Positions 33,841-44,800 of a stretch of 49,189 bases of DNA are shown in pieces (positions within the stretch are counted from its first letter, which is position 1; every line of letters starts with the position of its first letter). The DNA lies in assembly GCA_012862495.1 (NCBI GenBank), contig BLSG01000143.1, positions 1 through 49,189 on the forward strand. Direction: 5' to 3'. The stretch comes from Thraustochytrium aureum. Its lineage: Eukaryota. The notes below the pieces were generated by a model, which was not told the origin of the DNA, did not search any database, and worked only from the letters and a program-made list of their open reading frames with translations. The translations under genes were made by a program, and so were the position numbers.

Positions 33841-34756
33841 CCCGCCCGCCGCGTCCGCAGCCGACCCGTCAAAACGTCCGACGACGCCACGGTGGGCACT
33901 TGAACGTCGAGCCCTCGCCCGCTCTGGCCCGTTCGGGCCCGCTCTGGCCCCACTCGCTCTCAATCCTCTTCGGGGCGGCCACGCACCCGGCCCCTCCCGA
34001 AGGCTTTGTCAGGTTCGGGTCTGCTGCGCGCTCAACCGCAGATGGCGCTCCAGAATGCCGCCGCCATCAACCGATGGATGGACAACTACGACCGGAAGTG
34101 GCTCGATGGACGCGCGCACGTACGCACGCAAGCGCGCGAACGCGTAAGGAAATCGCGCGTCCTCGTCGATCCGATCTCTTGCCCGCGCGCAGCGCCCCTG
34201 CGGCCGCGAGGTCCCGCGCATCGTGGCGTAGTCCTCGTCTTTCGTTGGGACGACCTGGTGGAGGATCAGATCAATAGACCGGTGCACCTCTGTACGCACG
34301 CACGAAAGCGCGAGAGCGCGCTCGCCAATCGCGCGTCACCTTCGGTCCGGCCGCCTGCCCGCGCACAGCGCTTCTGCGGCCGCGAGGCCGCGCACATCGA
34401 GGCGTCGTCGCCATCGTGGCGGCCAACTCGAGGGACCAACAGGTCGACGAAACCACCCACGCACCATCCACGCAAGAACACTCGCACGTGCGCGAGAGAG
34501 CTCTCGCATATCGCGCGGCATCGTCGATCCGCTCGCCTGCCTGGCCGCGCGCGGCGCCTCTGTGGCGTGGCGGGCTCGGGTGCGCGAAGAGCAGCGACGG
34601 TGTTCCCTCGCGTGGAGGTGCGGTCCGGCGCCAGCAGACCCGCGACCTGGGCCGACGCCAGCGACGGAAGGCACCTGCCGAGGCTCGAAGACGGGACCGC
34701 GACGTTCGGAAAGGGTCCGTGCTGGCGCGCAGCTGTGGTCGAGCGTCGGCGGCGCT

Positions 34757-35957
34757 ATGGGCGACGAGGCGCAGAGACCCAAAGTCCTGGTTGGGGCCTG
34801 CGGGTCGGTGGCGGCGGTTAAAGTGCCCGAAATTGTGACCAGACTCGCCAAGGTTGCAGATGTTCGCGTGCTGTGGACGGACGCTGCTGCAAAGTTCGAA
34901 AGCGCGGCGGCCGAGTATAACGAGGCTGCCGCCAAGGAATTGGCCAGGCTTGTGGAGTCGTTCCAAGTTGTGGAGTACTTTGACGAGGACGAGTGGGACT
35001 ATGCGCACGTCCGGAGCGATCCAGTTGTGCACATCGAGCTCCGCAAGTGGGCCGACGTTTTTCTTATCGCGCCGCTGTCGGCCAACTCGCTGGCCAAACT
35101 CGCAAACGGGATCTGCGACAACCTTTTGGTGAGTTGAGCAACGTGGGCGAAGCGCGTTTGCCGCTGCCGGAAGCGCGTGCAGCTTGCCTGCTGACACTCG
35201 CACACAGACGAGCGTCGCGCGCGCGTGGGATCCCAGCAAGCCGCTCATCGTGGCCCCTGCAATGAACACGTTTATGTGGGACCATCCGCTCACGGCGCGC
35301 CACCTCGCAACGCTGCGCGAAGTCATTTCTGCAACCATTGTGAGCCCGGTCTCCAAAACGCTCGCATGCGGCGACACAGGTACGTTGATGCCCAAGAGCA
35401 AGCACATGCGTTGGGCTCCGCTTCGAGTGCATGGGCTAACGAGTCGATCCTGTGACTGCTCAGGGACGGGTGCGCTGGCAACCGTCGACGAGGTCGTGGC
35501 AGCTGTGCTCAGCACGTTGAGTTTGAGCGAGCCGAGCGACACCGTCGTTGCGGCGGCCGCGCCCAGATCAGCCTTCGAGATTCGCCAGATGACCGAGTCG
35601 GACAAGCCGCGCGTTCTCGACCTCGTGCAGAGATCGTCCAAGCGGCCAAGCGCGCGCTTCGAAATTGACCAAGCCACCGGGATGCCAATGATTTGTCTCG
35701 CTGGGGCTCCGTCTGACGCGCATCGCCACCTTCGGGATATCACGGTTGCCGAGGACAGGGCGACGCGCAAAATCCATGCACTCGCCTGTTCCCCTTGCCG
35801 AGGGAGCACGACGCTGCGTCCCTTTGCAGGCGAGGCCCGCTTGCGCGGTCTCTTCAACGCCAATGGATTACGTTGTGTCGACGTAGAGGAGCTGCGCTCG
35901 TGCATGCTCCCGATGCGCTCCGAGTCGTCACTGCAAGCGACCGAGTCCGGGGAGTAG
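34757..35957 (+). CDS. PPCDC: Phosphopantothenoylcysteine decarboxylase (HAL3/CoaC-type flavoprotein) with C-terminal extension; exons 34757-35128, 35208-35379, 35464-35957
   Basis: VLVGACGSVAAVK, VVHIELRKWAD, IAPLSANSLAKLANGICDNLL-TSVARAWD, VAPAMNTFMWDHP, KTLACGDTG-TGALA. Introns GTGAGT...CTGAC...CAG (79 nt) and GTACGT...CTAAC...CAG (84 nt). Confidence 0.92.
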
Positions 35958-37023
35958 CCAGCAGCTCATGTAGAAACGCTTCGAAATAACGGCTTCGAAA
36001 TAACACTGTAAATCCGCGGGCGACGCCGCGTTGGAGCAGACCAAATCCAATCTCTCCTTCCACGCAGTACCGTGAGCCTCTCCCAGCCCGTCATCAAGCG
36101 CAGCATGGCGCCCAGCACCTCGAGCCTCCGCGCGAAACGGACCCCTGTTGCGAAGGTCATCGCCCGAGCCTGTGGCCTCCATGGAGCTCGGCGAGCACAG
36201 GCTTTTGCTAGTCTGCTGTCATCCTAACAGAGCTCCCTCGATTTGAGGCCATTGGTGCGCCTGCCGACTTGCTTCTCCGCTTCGCACGGCGTTGTTTTTC
36301 GCGCGCTCGAGCTCGATCAAACTTGTTTCGGCTTTTAGCCTCGATTGTTGCTTCCAAGACGAATGAGATCATGACGGACTTTGACGTTGTGGACTCGAGT
36401 GACGAAGAGGCTGACGAGCGCTTTCGCGTCGGAGAAGCCTGGTGTTGTTGACCCAACGCGAAACTATTGTCGTCGTCGGGCTTGCTTCATGGCCACGCCA
36501 CCTGCACAAACTGAACGCGCCCAACCTGCCGGGCCAGCTCTAGCTCGCCAAGGTCCTGGACTGGACTCGGCAAGGAAACCGCGGTCGCTCTGGGTGACGA
36601 TGACTCGGCCGCACCGCAAGCCGCGGCAGAGTTGATCACGACGATCCTCAGTCCAGCTAGGGTTGCGAGATAAATAGAGGGTCAGGCTAGGGCACGTGAC
36701 GTGGCCTGGCACAACGGGCGGAGGGAGGGTGAGGAGAGCAAGAGCACGGCAGACTCGCATCGAGCACGAGCGCTGGAGCACCGCTGAAGCAGAGATCGGC
36801 GCAGGCGCGCGCGANNNNNNNNNNNNNNNNNNNNNNNNNNNNNNNNNNNNNNNNNNNNNNNNNNNNNNNNNNNNNNNNNNNNNNNNNNNNNNNNNNNNNN
36901 NNNNNNNNNNNNNNNNNNNNNNNNNNNNNNNNNNNNNNNNNNNNNNNNNNNNNNNNNNNNNNNNNNNNNNNNNNNNNNNCGATACGGGTTTGGTTTTTGG
37001 ACGAGAAGGGAAGGAGGGCCAGG

Positions 37024-38462
37024 ATGGCGACCCCGCTGTTGGACGTTGACACCAAGCACAAGGAGATGATCCATGATGCGCAGCTGGATTATTACGCAAA
37101 GCGACTCGCGACGTGCTCCTCGGACACGACGATCAAGGTGTTCGACATCTTGGGAGACCAGCAGCCGCAGTTTTTGACCGAGCTGAAGGGCCACGACGGC
37201 CCGGTGTGGCAGGTCGCCTGGGCGCACCCGAAGTTCGGCGTCGTTCTGGCCAGCTGCTCGTTTGACGGCAAGGTGATCATCCATCGCGAGCAGCCCGGGG
37301 GGCAGTGGCAGCAGATTTTCGTGTACGAGGAGATGCAGTCCTCGGTAAACTCGATCGCCTGGGCTCCGCACGAGTACGACCTTTGCCTCGCGTGCGTCAC
37401 ATCAGACGGAAAGCTTGCCATTCTCTCTCACAGTGCCAACGACATGTGGAGCGCAGTGGTCAAGGACGTACCGAACGGGCTCGGGCTCAACGCGGTCTCG
37501 TGGGCCCCCTTTGGCGCCAGCTCGCAGGCCAAGGAGCGCCGCCTTGTCACCGGAGGTTGCGACAACAACGTGCGCATTTGGGTTTTGAACGAGGACGAGC
37601 GCCGCTCTGGGTCTGACTGGAAAGAAGAGCAAGTCCTTTCTCAAGATCATTCGGATTGGGTTCGCGACGTGGCGTGGGCGCCGAGTATCGGTCTTCCCTG
37701 CAACACGATCGCCAGTTGCTCGGAAGATGGCAAAGTTATCGTTTGGACGCAAAAGGAGCCCGGGGCAGTTTGGACCGCCGTCACCGTCCGAGCTGCAAAA
37801 GGCTCGCCCGTTTGGCGTGTATCCTGGTCGATCACAGGTAGCGTTCTTGCGGTATCCGCGGGCGACTCTGAGGTCACACTCTGGAAAGAGTCCCCTGACG
37901 GCAAAAACTGGGTCGAAATTAGCAACGTCAACGAAGCTGCTATTGCGCAGGCCATGCCGCAGCAGCCGATCGAGCACCCGCAGGATGACTCGTATCTGCA
38001 GCAGCAGCAGCAGCAGCAGCAGCCTCAGTATGATGGGGGTTTGGCAGACCTCAAGAGGTTGGCCTCGGCCAGCAAGCTCAGATGCCGCAACACGCTCAAC
38101 AGACACAGGCGACCATGCAGGCGCCACTGCATCAGCAACAGCAACAGCAGGTACCGCAACAGCAGCCCCAACAGCAGCAATATGGCCAGCCAGGTAGTTA
38201 CGGGGGCCAGTACCAGGCGCCGCCGGGTTCTGCGCAGCCGTCACCGATGATGATGGGCCAGTCCGCAACCTACGGGCAGCCACAGCAGCCTGCGGGCGGA
38301 TATCAGGGCTATCCGCAGGGGCAGGGGCTTGCGCCGCAGCAGTACCCGCCCAGCGGGCAGAACATGCCCCCGCAGCAAAGCAACTACCAGGGCTTCCAGC
38401 AAGGGCAACAGCCCCCGCCCCAGCAAAACATGTATCAGCAAGGGGGGCCGCCCATGTACTGA
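37024..38462 (+). CDS. SEC13: SEC13 WD40 protein (COPII coat/nuclear pore) with long Q/P/G/Y-rich C-terminal tail; apparent frameshift at G5 run 38035-38039
   Basis: HKEMIHDAQLDYYAKRLATCSSD, GHDGPVWQVAWAHPKFG, SVNSIAWAPHEY, HSDWVRDVAWAPSIGLP, VWRVSWSITG. The tail continues in the frame of ORF 38082..38462. Confidence 0.93.
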
Positions 38463-38565
38463 AACTGAACCCTGGGCACACTCGGGGGGAGAAGAAAATA
38501 CAAGGATATCCGCTTCGTCACAAGCCGCAGCGCCTGAGCGCAGGTCTTGGCCTATCTTCTAAACG

Positions 38566-40234
38566 CTACTTTTGCGGACTTGTGTCCTTTTGCCTCGAAA
38601 TCCGCGGCCCAACGATGCTGCGGAGGATGTATGCCGCGTCCCGGCTCGACTCGGCAACGGCCGCCTCTGCTTCGCGCAGCTTGCGCTCTGCCTGGTTGAC
38701 CTTGCGCGCACTGCATGTCAGGGCTTGCCGAACTGTGCGGCAGCGGGAATGCCTTTCGGCCCGTCCGTCCTCCGTGTCGGACACCGACGCGCGGGTCTCC
38801 CTGCTGTCCGGCAAGACTCGGTCGAGCTGCTCGCGCAAGCGGCGGGCGCCAAGCCCTCTGCTGAACGCCTGTGCTCCAAAGCCACACGAGCAGGACAGGC
38901 GCCGCGTTACGAGCTCTTCTTCAAGGTGGCGCTGCGTCATCTTGGCAAACGAGACCTCGCGCCTTGCCATGGCCAGTGCCTGTTCCACCGTCACGAGCTG
39001 GCCTTGAAGAGCAGAGCTCGACGCCTGCGCCTGGCTCGCTGCATGCTCTAGGGAGTTGCGCGCCTCGCGCTCGGCACGAGCGCTTTCCTCCGCTCGCCGC
39101 ACCTTTTCCTCGAGCCGCTGAAGGCGTTTGNNNNNNNNNNNNNNNNNNNNNNNNNNNNNNNNNNNNNNNNNNNNNNNNNNNNNNNNNNNNNNNNNNNNNN
39201 NNNNNNNNNNNNNNNNNNNNNNNNNNNNNNNNNNNNNNNNNNNNNNNNNNNNNNNNNNNNNNNNNNNNNNNNNNNNNNNNNNNNNNNNNNNNNNNNNNNN
39301 NNNNNNNNNNNNNNNNNNNNNNNNNNNNNNNNNNNNNNNNNNNNNNNNNNNNNNNNNNNNNNNNNNNNNNNNNNNNNNNNNNNNNNNNNNNNNNNNNNNN
39401 NNNNNNNNNNNNNNNNNNNNNNNNNNNNNNNNNNNNNNNNNNNNNNNNNNNNNNNNNNNNNNNNNNNNNNNNNNNNNNNNNNNNNNNNNNNNNNNNNNNN
39501 NNNNNNNNNNNNNNNNNNNNNNNNNNNNNNNNNNNNNNNNNNNNNNNNNCTGCTGCTTGGAGCTCTTCGCAGCGACGGCGTAGCAACTCGGCCTCCTTCC
39601 GCAGCGCGGCCTCGCGTTTGCGGGCCTGACGCGCTAGTTTGGCCTCTTTTTGAGCCCACTCGAGCTTACGTGCCTTGTGATGTGCGCGGTCGCGCCCAAG
39701 CTCGCGCCGGAGGCGAGCCTCGCGACGCGCCAGGCTGGTCACCAACGGGTCGGTGCTTGCGCGCTCGCGCTTTAGATTTGCAAACATTTCGCGGTAATAC
39801 GCGTCCACTGGGTTGTCCCAGCGACTCTCCATCGTGTCCTCGTTAAAGTAGTAGGTTTTGCGGCACGACTCGTCAAAGAGCTCGACCCAGGGTCGCTGGA
39901 GTTCGGCCAGCAGCGCTTCCTCTGCGATCCACAAAAACTCGGCGTCGGCTTCCGGGTCCATGCCTAGTTCCCGAGCGTGCGCCTTGACAGCTTCAGCTGT
40001 TGCGTCTGTTCCGATCCCCTTGGACTCGATCTCCTCAACGTCGCGCTGGTTTGAAATCCAGCAACTTGTCGGTGCGTCGTCGTGCTCAGCCCATGCGTTG
40101 CATTCTCTCTCGTCGTCCTGCCGTTCGTTTGACTTCCTCTTGAGGTCCGCGACTCCGGCGCCAAGCTGTCGCTTTGCGTTAACGCTGCGCTGCTCTTCGA
40201 CCCAGCTCTCCGACTCGTGGTCCTCGACCATCAT
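38566..40234 (-). CDS. CEP164-like WW-domain coiled-coil protein; internal gap 39131-39549
   Basis: 'AVKAHARELGMDPEADAEFLWIAEEALLAELQRPW...YYFNEDTMESRWDNPVDAYYREMF' matches the helical-bundle+WW N-domain of CEP164, followed by coiled coil. The C-terminal part (ORF 38566..39102) is joined across the gap by inference. Confidence 0.75.
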
Positions 40235-41808
40235 CCTCGCGCGTTGTTGATGTCTGTGTCGCAAGGACAAGAGCCTCGCTCACGGCGACAAGTCGTTGGA
40301 TCTCGCGCCACCCGGTTCACGCGGGTATCTCGTGGACCAGCTGCAGAGAGGTGTCTGCTGGCGGTCTCCAGCCCCGTGTCGCTCTCTATTGCCGCGCGTT
40401 CGCGCTGTGGCATGCGCACGAGCGAGCTCAACCAACATCTAGATGTCTATCTGTGTGCGTTGATTGAACGGTACCAACGGATACCTTTACGTCCTACCCG
40501 GTGAAGTGAGTATAGGTGGTGCGGGGCCTGTGAAGCGAACTCGGGCCCTGCCGAGCACGCCTCTAGGTATCGCGCGGCGTCGCGTCTCGCCCGGTGTGCA
40601 GGTGAAGAAAGGAAGAACGCTAAAGCAATTACGGCAAGCCTTGGGGCTACGGTTTCGCTATCATCATTGTCGTTGCGTGATAGTCCCTCATGCGCTGCAT
40701 GCAGCGCATCCTCCGTGTGCGGGCAGACTAAGTACTCTAGGCGGTAGGTAGGAATTCGATCGAGGCATCGCATGAAAGGATCTGCTCTTGGTCTCAAATT
40801 CGAGCCGGGCGCTCTTTCTTTGGTGCACTCCATTTGGGTGGGTTGTTGCTCTACGTGACGCTAAAAGACGGGCGACCTGAAAAGCAAAGTGAAAGAAAAG
40901 GTGAAAGAAACAACGCTGCCCAACCTAGGTCTCAGAGTCAGGCAGCACCGACNNNNNNNNNNNNNNNNNNNNNNNNNNNNNNNNNNNNNNNNNNNNNNNN
41001 NNNNNNNNNNNNNNNNNNNNNNNNNNNNNNNNNNNNNNNNNNNNNNNNNNNNNNNNNNNNNNNNNNNNNNNNNNNNNNNNNNNNNNNNNNNNNNNNNNNN
41101 NNNNNNNNNNNNNNNNNNNNNNNNNNNNNNNNNNNNNNNNNNNNNNNNNNNNNNNNNNNNNNNNNNNNNNNNNNNNNNNNNNNNNNNNNNNNNNNNNNNN
41201 NNNNNNNNNNNNNNNNNNNNNNNNNNNNNNNNNNNNNNNNNNNNNNNNNNNNNNNNNNNNNNNNNNNNNNNNNNNNNNNNNNNNNNNNNNNNNNNNNNNN
41301 NNNNNNNNNNNNNNNNNNNNNNNNNNNNNNNNNNNNNNNNNNNNNNNNNNNNNNNNNNNNNNNNNNNNNNNNNNNNNNNNNNNNNNNNNNNNNNNNNNNN
41401 NNNNNNNNNNNNNNNNNNNNNNNNNNNNNNNNNNNNNNNNNNNNNNNNNNNNNNNNNNNNNNNNNNNNNNNNNNNNNNNNNNNNNNNNNNNNNNGATGAT
41501 CACCTGCGGATCAAAGATGTACTCCATGGTGCTGGTTACTGGGTTAGCTACGTGAAAGTCCAAGAGTTCAGATGCCACCTTAGGCAGCCAGCCAGTGACG
41601 GGACATCTGTGCGCGCGACGGAGGCCGCGTGCTGAAGAGCCCCCAGATCAGTCCCACAGGAACCAGACTGACAAACAAAAGTCTGAAGATGGCGCAGCGC
41701 CTGACGAATATAATGGCCGTGCGATGGTGATGACACGAAACGTCCGCGACAGACTCGATGACCACAACCCTCGGATCGAAGTGGCTGAACGCACCATGGC
41801 CCAACGCC

Positions 41809-44800
41809 TCAGCGTAACAAGGCGCCGGCCGCTGCAGAAGCCGGGGGACAGCTCATCATAGAGAAAGTCATGTTGACGTGGAAGGCTGGGCGCTGGCTGC
41901 AGTGCACATTGCGGCTAAGACAGCTGCGAAAATCGATGTCCTCCCGATGGAATCGCACGTAGTGTTGGTAAAGGCGCACGTTGTCGGCTGCGGCGACGAC
42001 GAGCTTGTCGCCGCATGGCATCTGGTTGTCTGGGACGAAAAATTCGTCCCGCCAGGTCTCACCGTCGCTCGAGGTCTGGACCGTGACTCCATGTTCGCAT
42101 GGGCTCCTCGGCCTCGACGAATAATTCTGGAGCGAGTCTGCACACTTCATCGTGCCGCGATCAGTGTCATATGGACAGCCAAGCAGGTCGTCGAAGCCCA
42201 CTTCAACAATGCGGTCTGCGCACATCCGTGGCGTGGAGCCTGGCAGTCTTGTGGAAGCGCACGCGTTGATTGCGCTGCAGTAGAGTGTTGCCCACGCAAT
42301 TGCACCATTGTGCCGCAGCTCTGTGCCCCAATCGTTGAGAAGAGCGAGACGGCACGCGTCGGAGTCCGTGGCATGCACTTCGCACCACTGCGCTGCCCTG
42401 AGTGGAAGGTTGGTCTCCGTGCAGAGTCCGCCAGTGACGCCTTTGCAGATCGCAACCGCGTCTGGCGTGTTGTCACTGCAGTCGCGAGAGATTTCCTCTC
42501 TTTCGTAAAGAGGTACGTCCGGCTTCGCCATGGTGCCGCTGACCCAGTTGTCATAGCGGGTCGGCGTGTGGCCCTCAAACTTGTCAGTGGAGCAGAAACC
42601 GCCCTCTTCACGATCGTCATTCACGTTGACAATCTTTGTGTCCAAGAGCTCGACGTTGAGTCGGAAACCGCCATAGTGCTTGTCCACTTTCTGTCGCATA
42701 CAGGTCGCGTTGATCGAGAGGAAGTCATCGTTGCCTTGGTCGACGAGCAGAACGTACTCACGAACATTTGAGGTAGGATCGTTCCGAAATGTCACTGCAA
42801 AGGGGCCCGCATTGAACGTACCGGGATCGGCGTTTGCTGCTGTGCTGACTTCGGACACGTTCCAACCTGCGGCCAGATTCGAGGAAGTGTCCACATCAAA
42901 GCATCGGTCTGCGAAGAGGTCGATACCGGCACTGCCGTGGCGAACCATGAGCCGCGTGATGACGCCGCGCTCTCGCATCTGAGCCCCGCGCTGACCAGCA
43001 CGCCGCTCTGCGTCAGCGTTTCGTGCATGGTCATCCCTGCGCTTCCGGAGGCCGCCCAGTTCGATTGGCAAGGTGAGCCGTGGAATGCGATTTGCTTTCG
43101 CGGGAGGCGTGCCAGATTATGGTCCCACACGCAGTCCTCTCCATGATGGTCTTTTGTGGCCTTGCATTGCCCTTCTCTGAGCGGGCACTTTCCGTCGTTC
43201 GCAACCCGGGCGTCACACACGACCCACTTCTGCCGCTCGGCAACGGTCTTGTTAAACGCCGCACACTCAGGGTCGCCCCAGCACGAGCACCACCTGCAGC
43301 ACAATGTGTTGGGGTCTTGCTCGGCGGTAAACTCGAGCGACACAGACGCTCCGTTGGCGACCAGGATCTCTTCGCTGCAAACGCTGTCAGGGCAAAAACG
43401 TTTCGGCGCAACACTCGTGACGCTGCCACGAGACCCGCTACGCCGTGCCTCGAGCGAGCACGAGGCCCCGCACAGGCTGGACGACAGCTCGAGCGACGGC
43501 GTGCAGATGTCGGGAATGTCAGCTCCTCTTGGATTCTGCTCGGGGCAGTCGAGCGAAAATGGAATCGGGAGGACAGCCGGGTTCGGGAGCGCCGGGTCTG
43601 TAACTTCGGGCTCCTTGTCTTCGTCCTCGTCGTCAAAGGAGACTAACTTGATTTCGACGTTGCTCAAGGAGATTTGGATCGCTTTCGATTCGGGAGACTG
43701 CAGCGCACGCCTGCTCGGGGGGTTGNNNNNNNNNNNNNNNNNNNNNNNNNNNNNNNNNNNNNNNNNNNNNNNNNNNNNNNNNNNNNNNNNNNNNNNNNNN
43801 NNNNNNNNNNNNNNNNNNNNNNNNNNNNNNNNNNNNNNNNNNNNNNNNNNNNNNNNNNNNNNNNNNNNNNNNNNNNNNNNNNNNNNNNNNNNNNNNNNNN
43901 NNNNNNNNNNNNNNNNNNNNNNNNNNNNNNNNNNNNNNNNNNNNNNNNNNNNNNNNNNNNNNNNNNNNNNNNNNNNNNNNNNNNNNNNNNNNNNNNNNNN
44001 NNNNNNNNNNNNNNNNNNNNNNNNNNNNNNNNNNNNNNNNNNNNNNNNNNNNNNNNNNNNNNTAACCTGCCTTTGTTTGTTGTTCCACGTGAATGTCACC
44101 GCGAATTTGATGTTTTGGCCTTCCAAAACAACGTTCTTGATGCTCAGGTTTTCAACAGAAGTGACCTTTTTACCGACGTTGAGCGTCCCTACGTTGCCTT
44201 TGTTGTTGCCTTTTGCTGCAATGACCTGAAGGAGACTGCCTCTGGTATTGGACGAAAGTGCGACGACGCGGACGACGTCATTAATAGAACTTCCCGCCTT
44301 ATGGTAGGCCAAGTCTGTCACGGAGACCGGGAGGAAATTGTGTTCCATTTTGAAGTCCGGATTCAGGGCTTTCGACACGTTGAGAAACTTCTCGAGTTGC
44401 TTTCCGTCGAAATTGACCACTGCAATGAAGACGTAAATCGCGTCTTTCTCGATGTTCTCGAAAGCGAAGAGGATCTCCAGCGAGCTGCTTTCGATGTTGC
44501 TGCTCAGCTTTTGCGTTTGGTCAACGCGCATGTTGATGGGGCTTCCTCTGCCGAACTCAGCAGTGAGATCTTTTGCGCCAGGACTCGATGTGAACTCCTT
44601 GACTTCGAACCATTTTTTTCCCGGGTCGTTACAGCACTCGTAGGGATCAACGTGCGTGCACTTTGTTCGGTGGAGCAAAATGCTCTTCGCAGAGGACAGC
44701 GTGAACACGTTCGCGGGACCGTCAGTCCGGGGCCCAACGAGCTGTGGATAGTTGCCGTCTACAGTGCCACACGGGACGAAGGCTCCGTTATTTTGGCTTC

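Noticed and set aside
34009..34520. Possible small minus-strand gene (EVHRSIDLILHQVVPTKDEDY...) between the esterase and PPCDC
   Set aside because: A plausible acceptor site exists, but I found no convincing first exon and no recognisable motif.
35928..36500. Short minus-strand ORFs between PPCDC and SEC13
   Set aside because: They can be joined only by assuming frameshifts, and no homology is recognisable.
40447..41800. ORF fragments around gap 40953-41494
   Set aside because: Too little sequence and no motif; a gene may be hidden in the gap.
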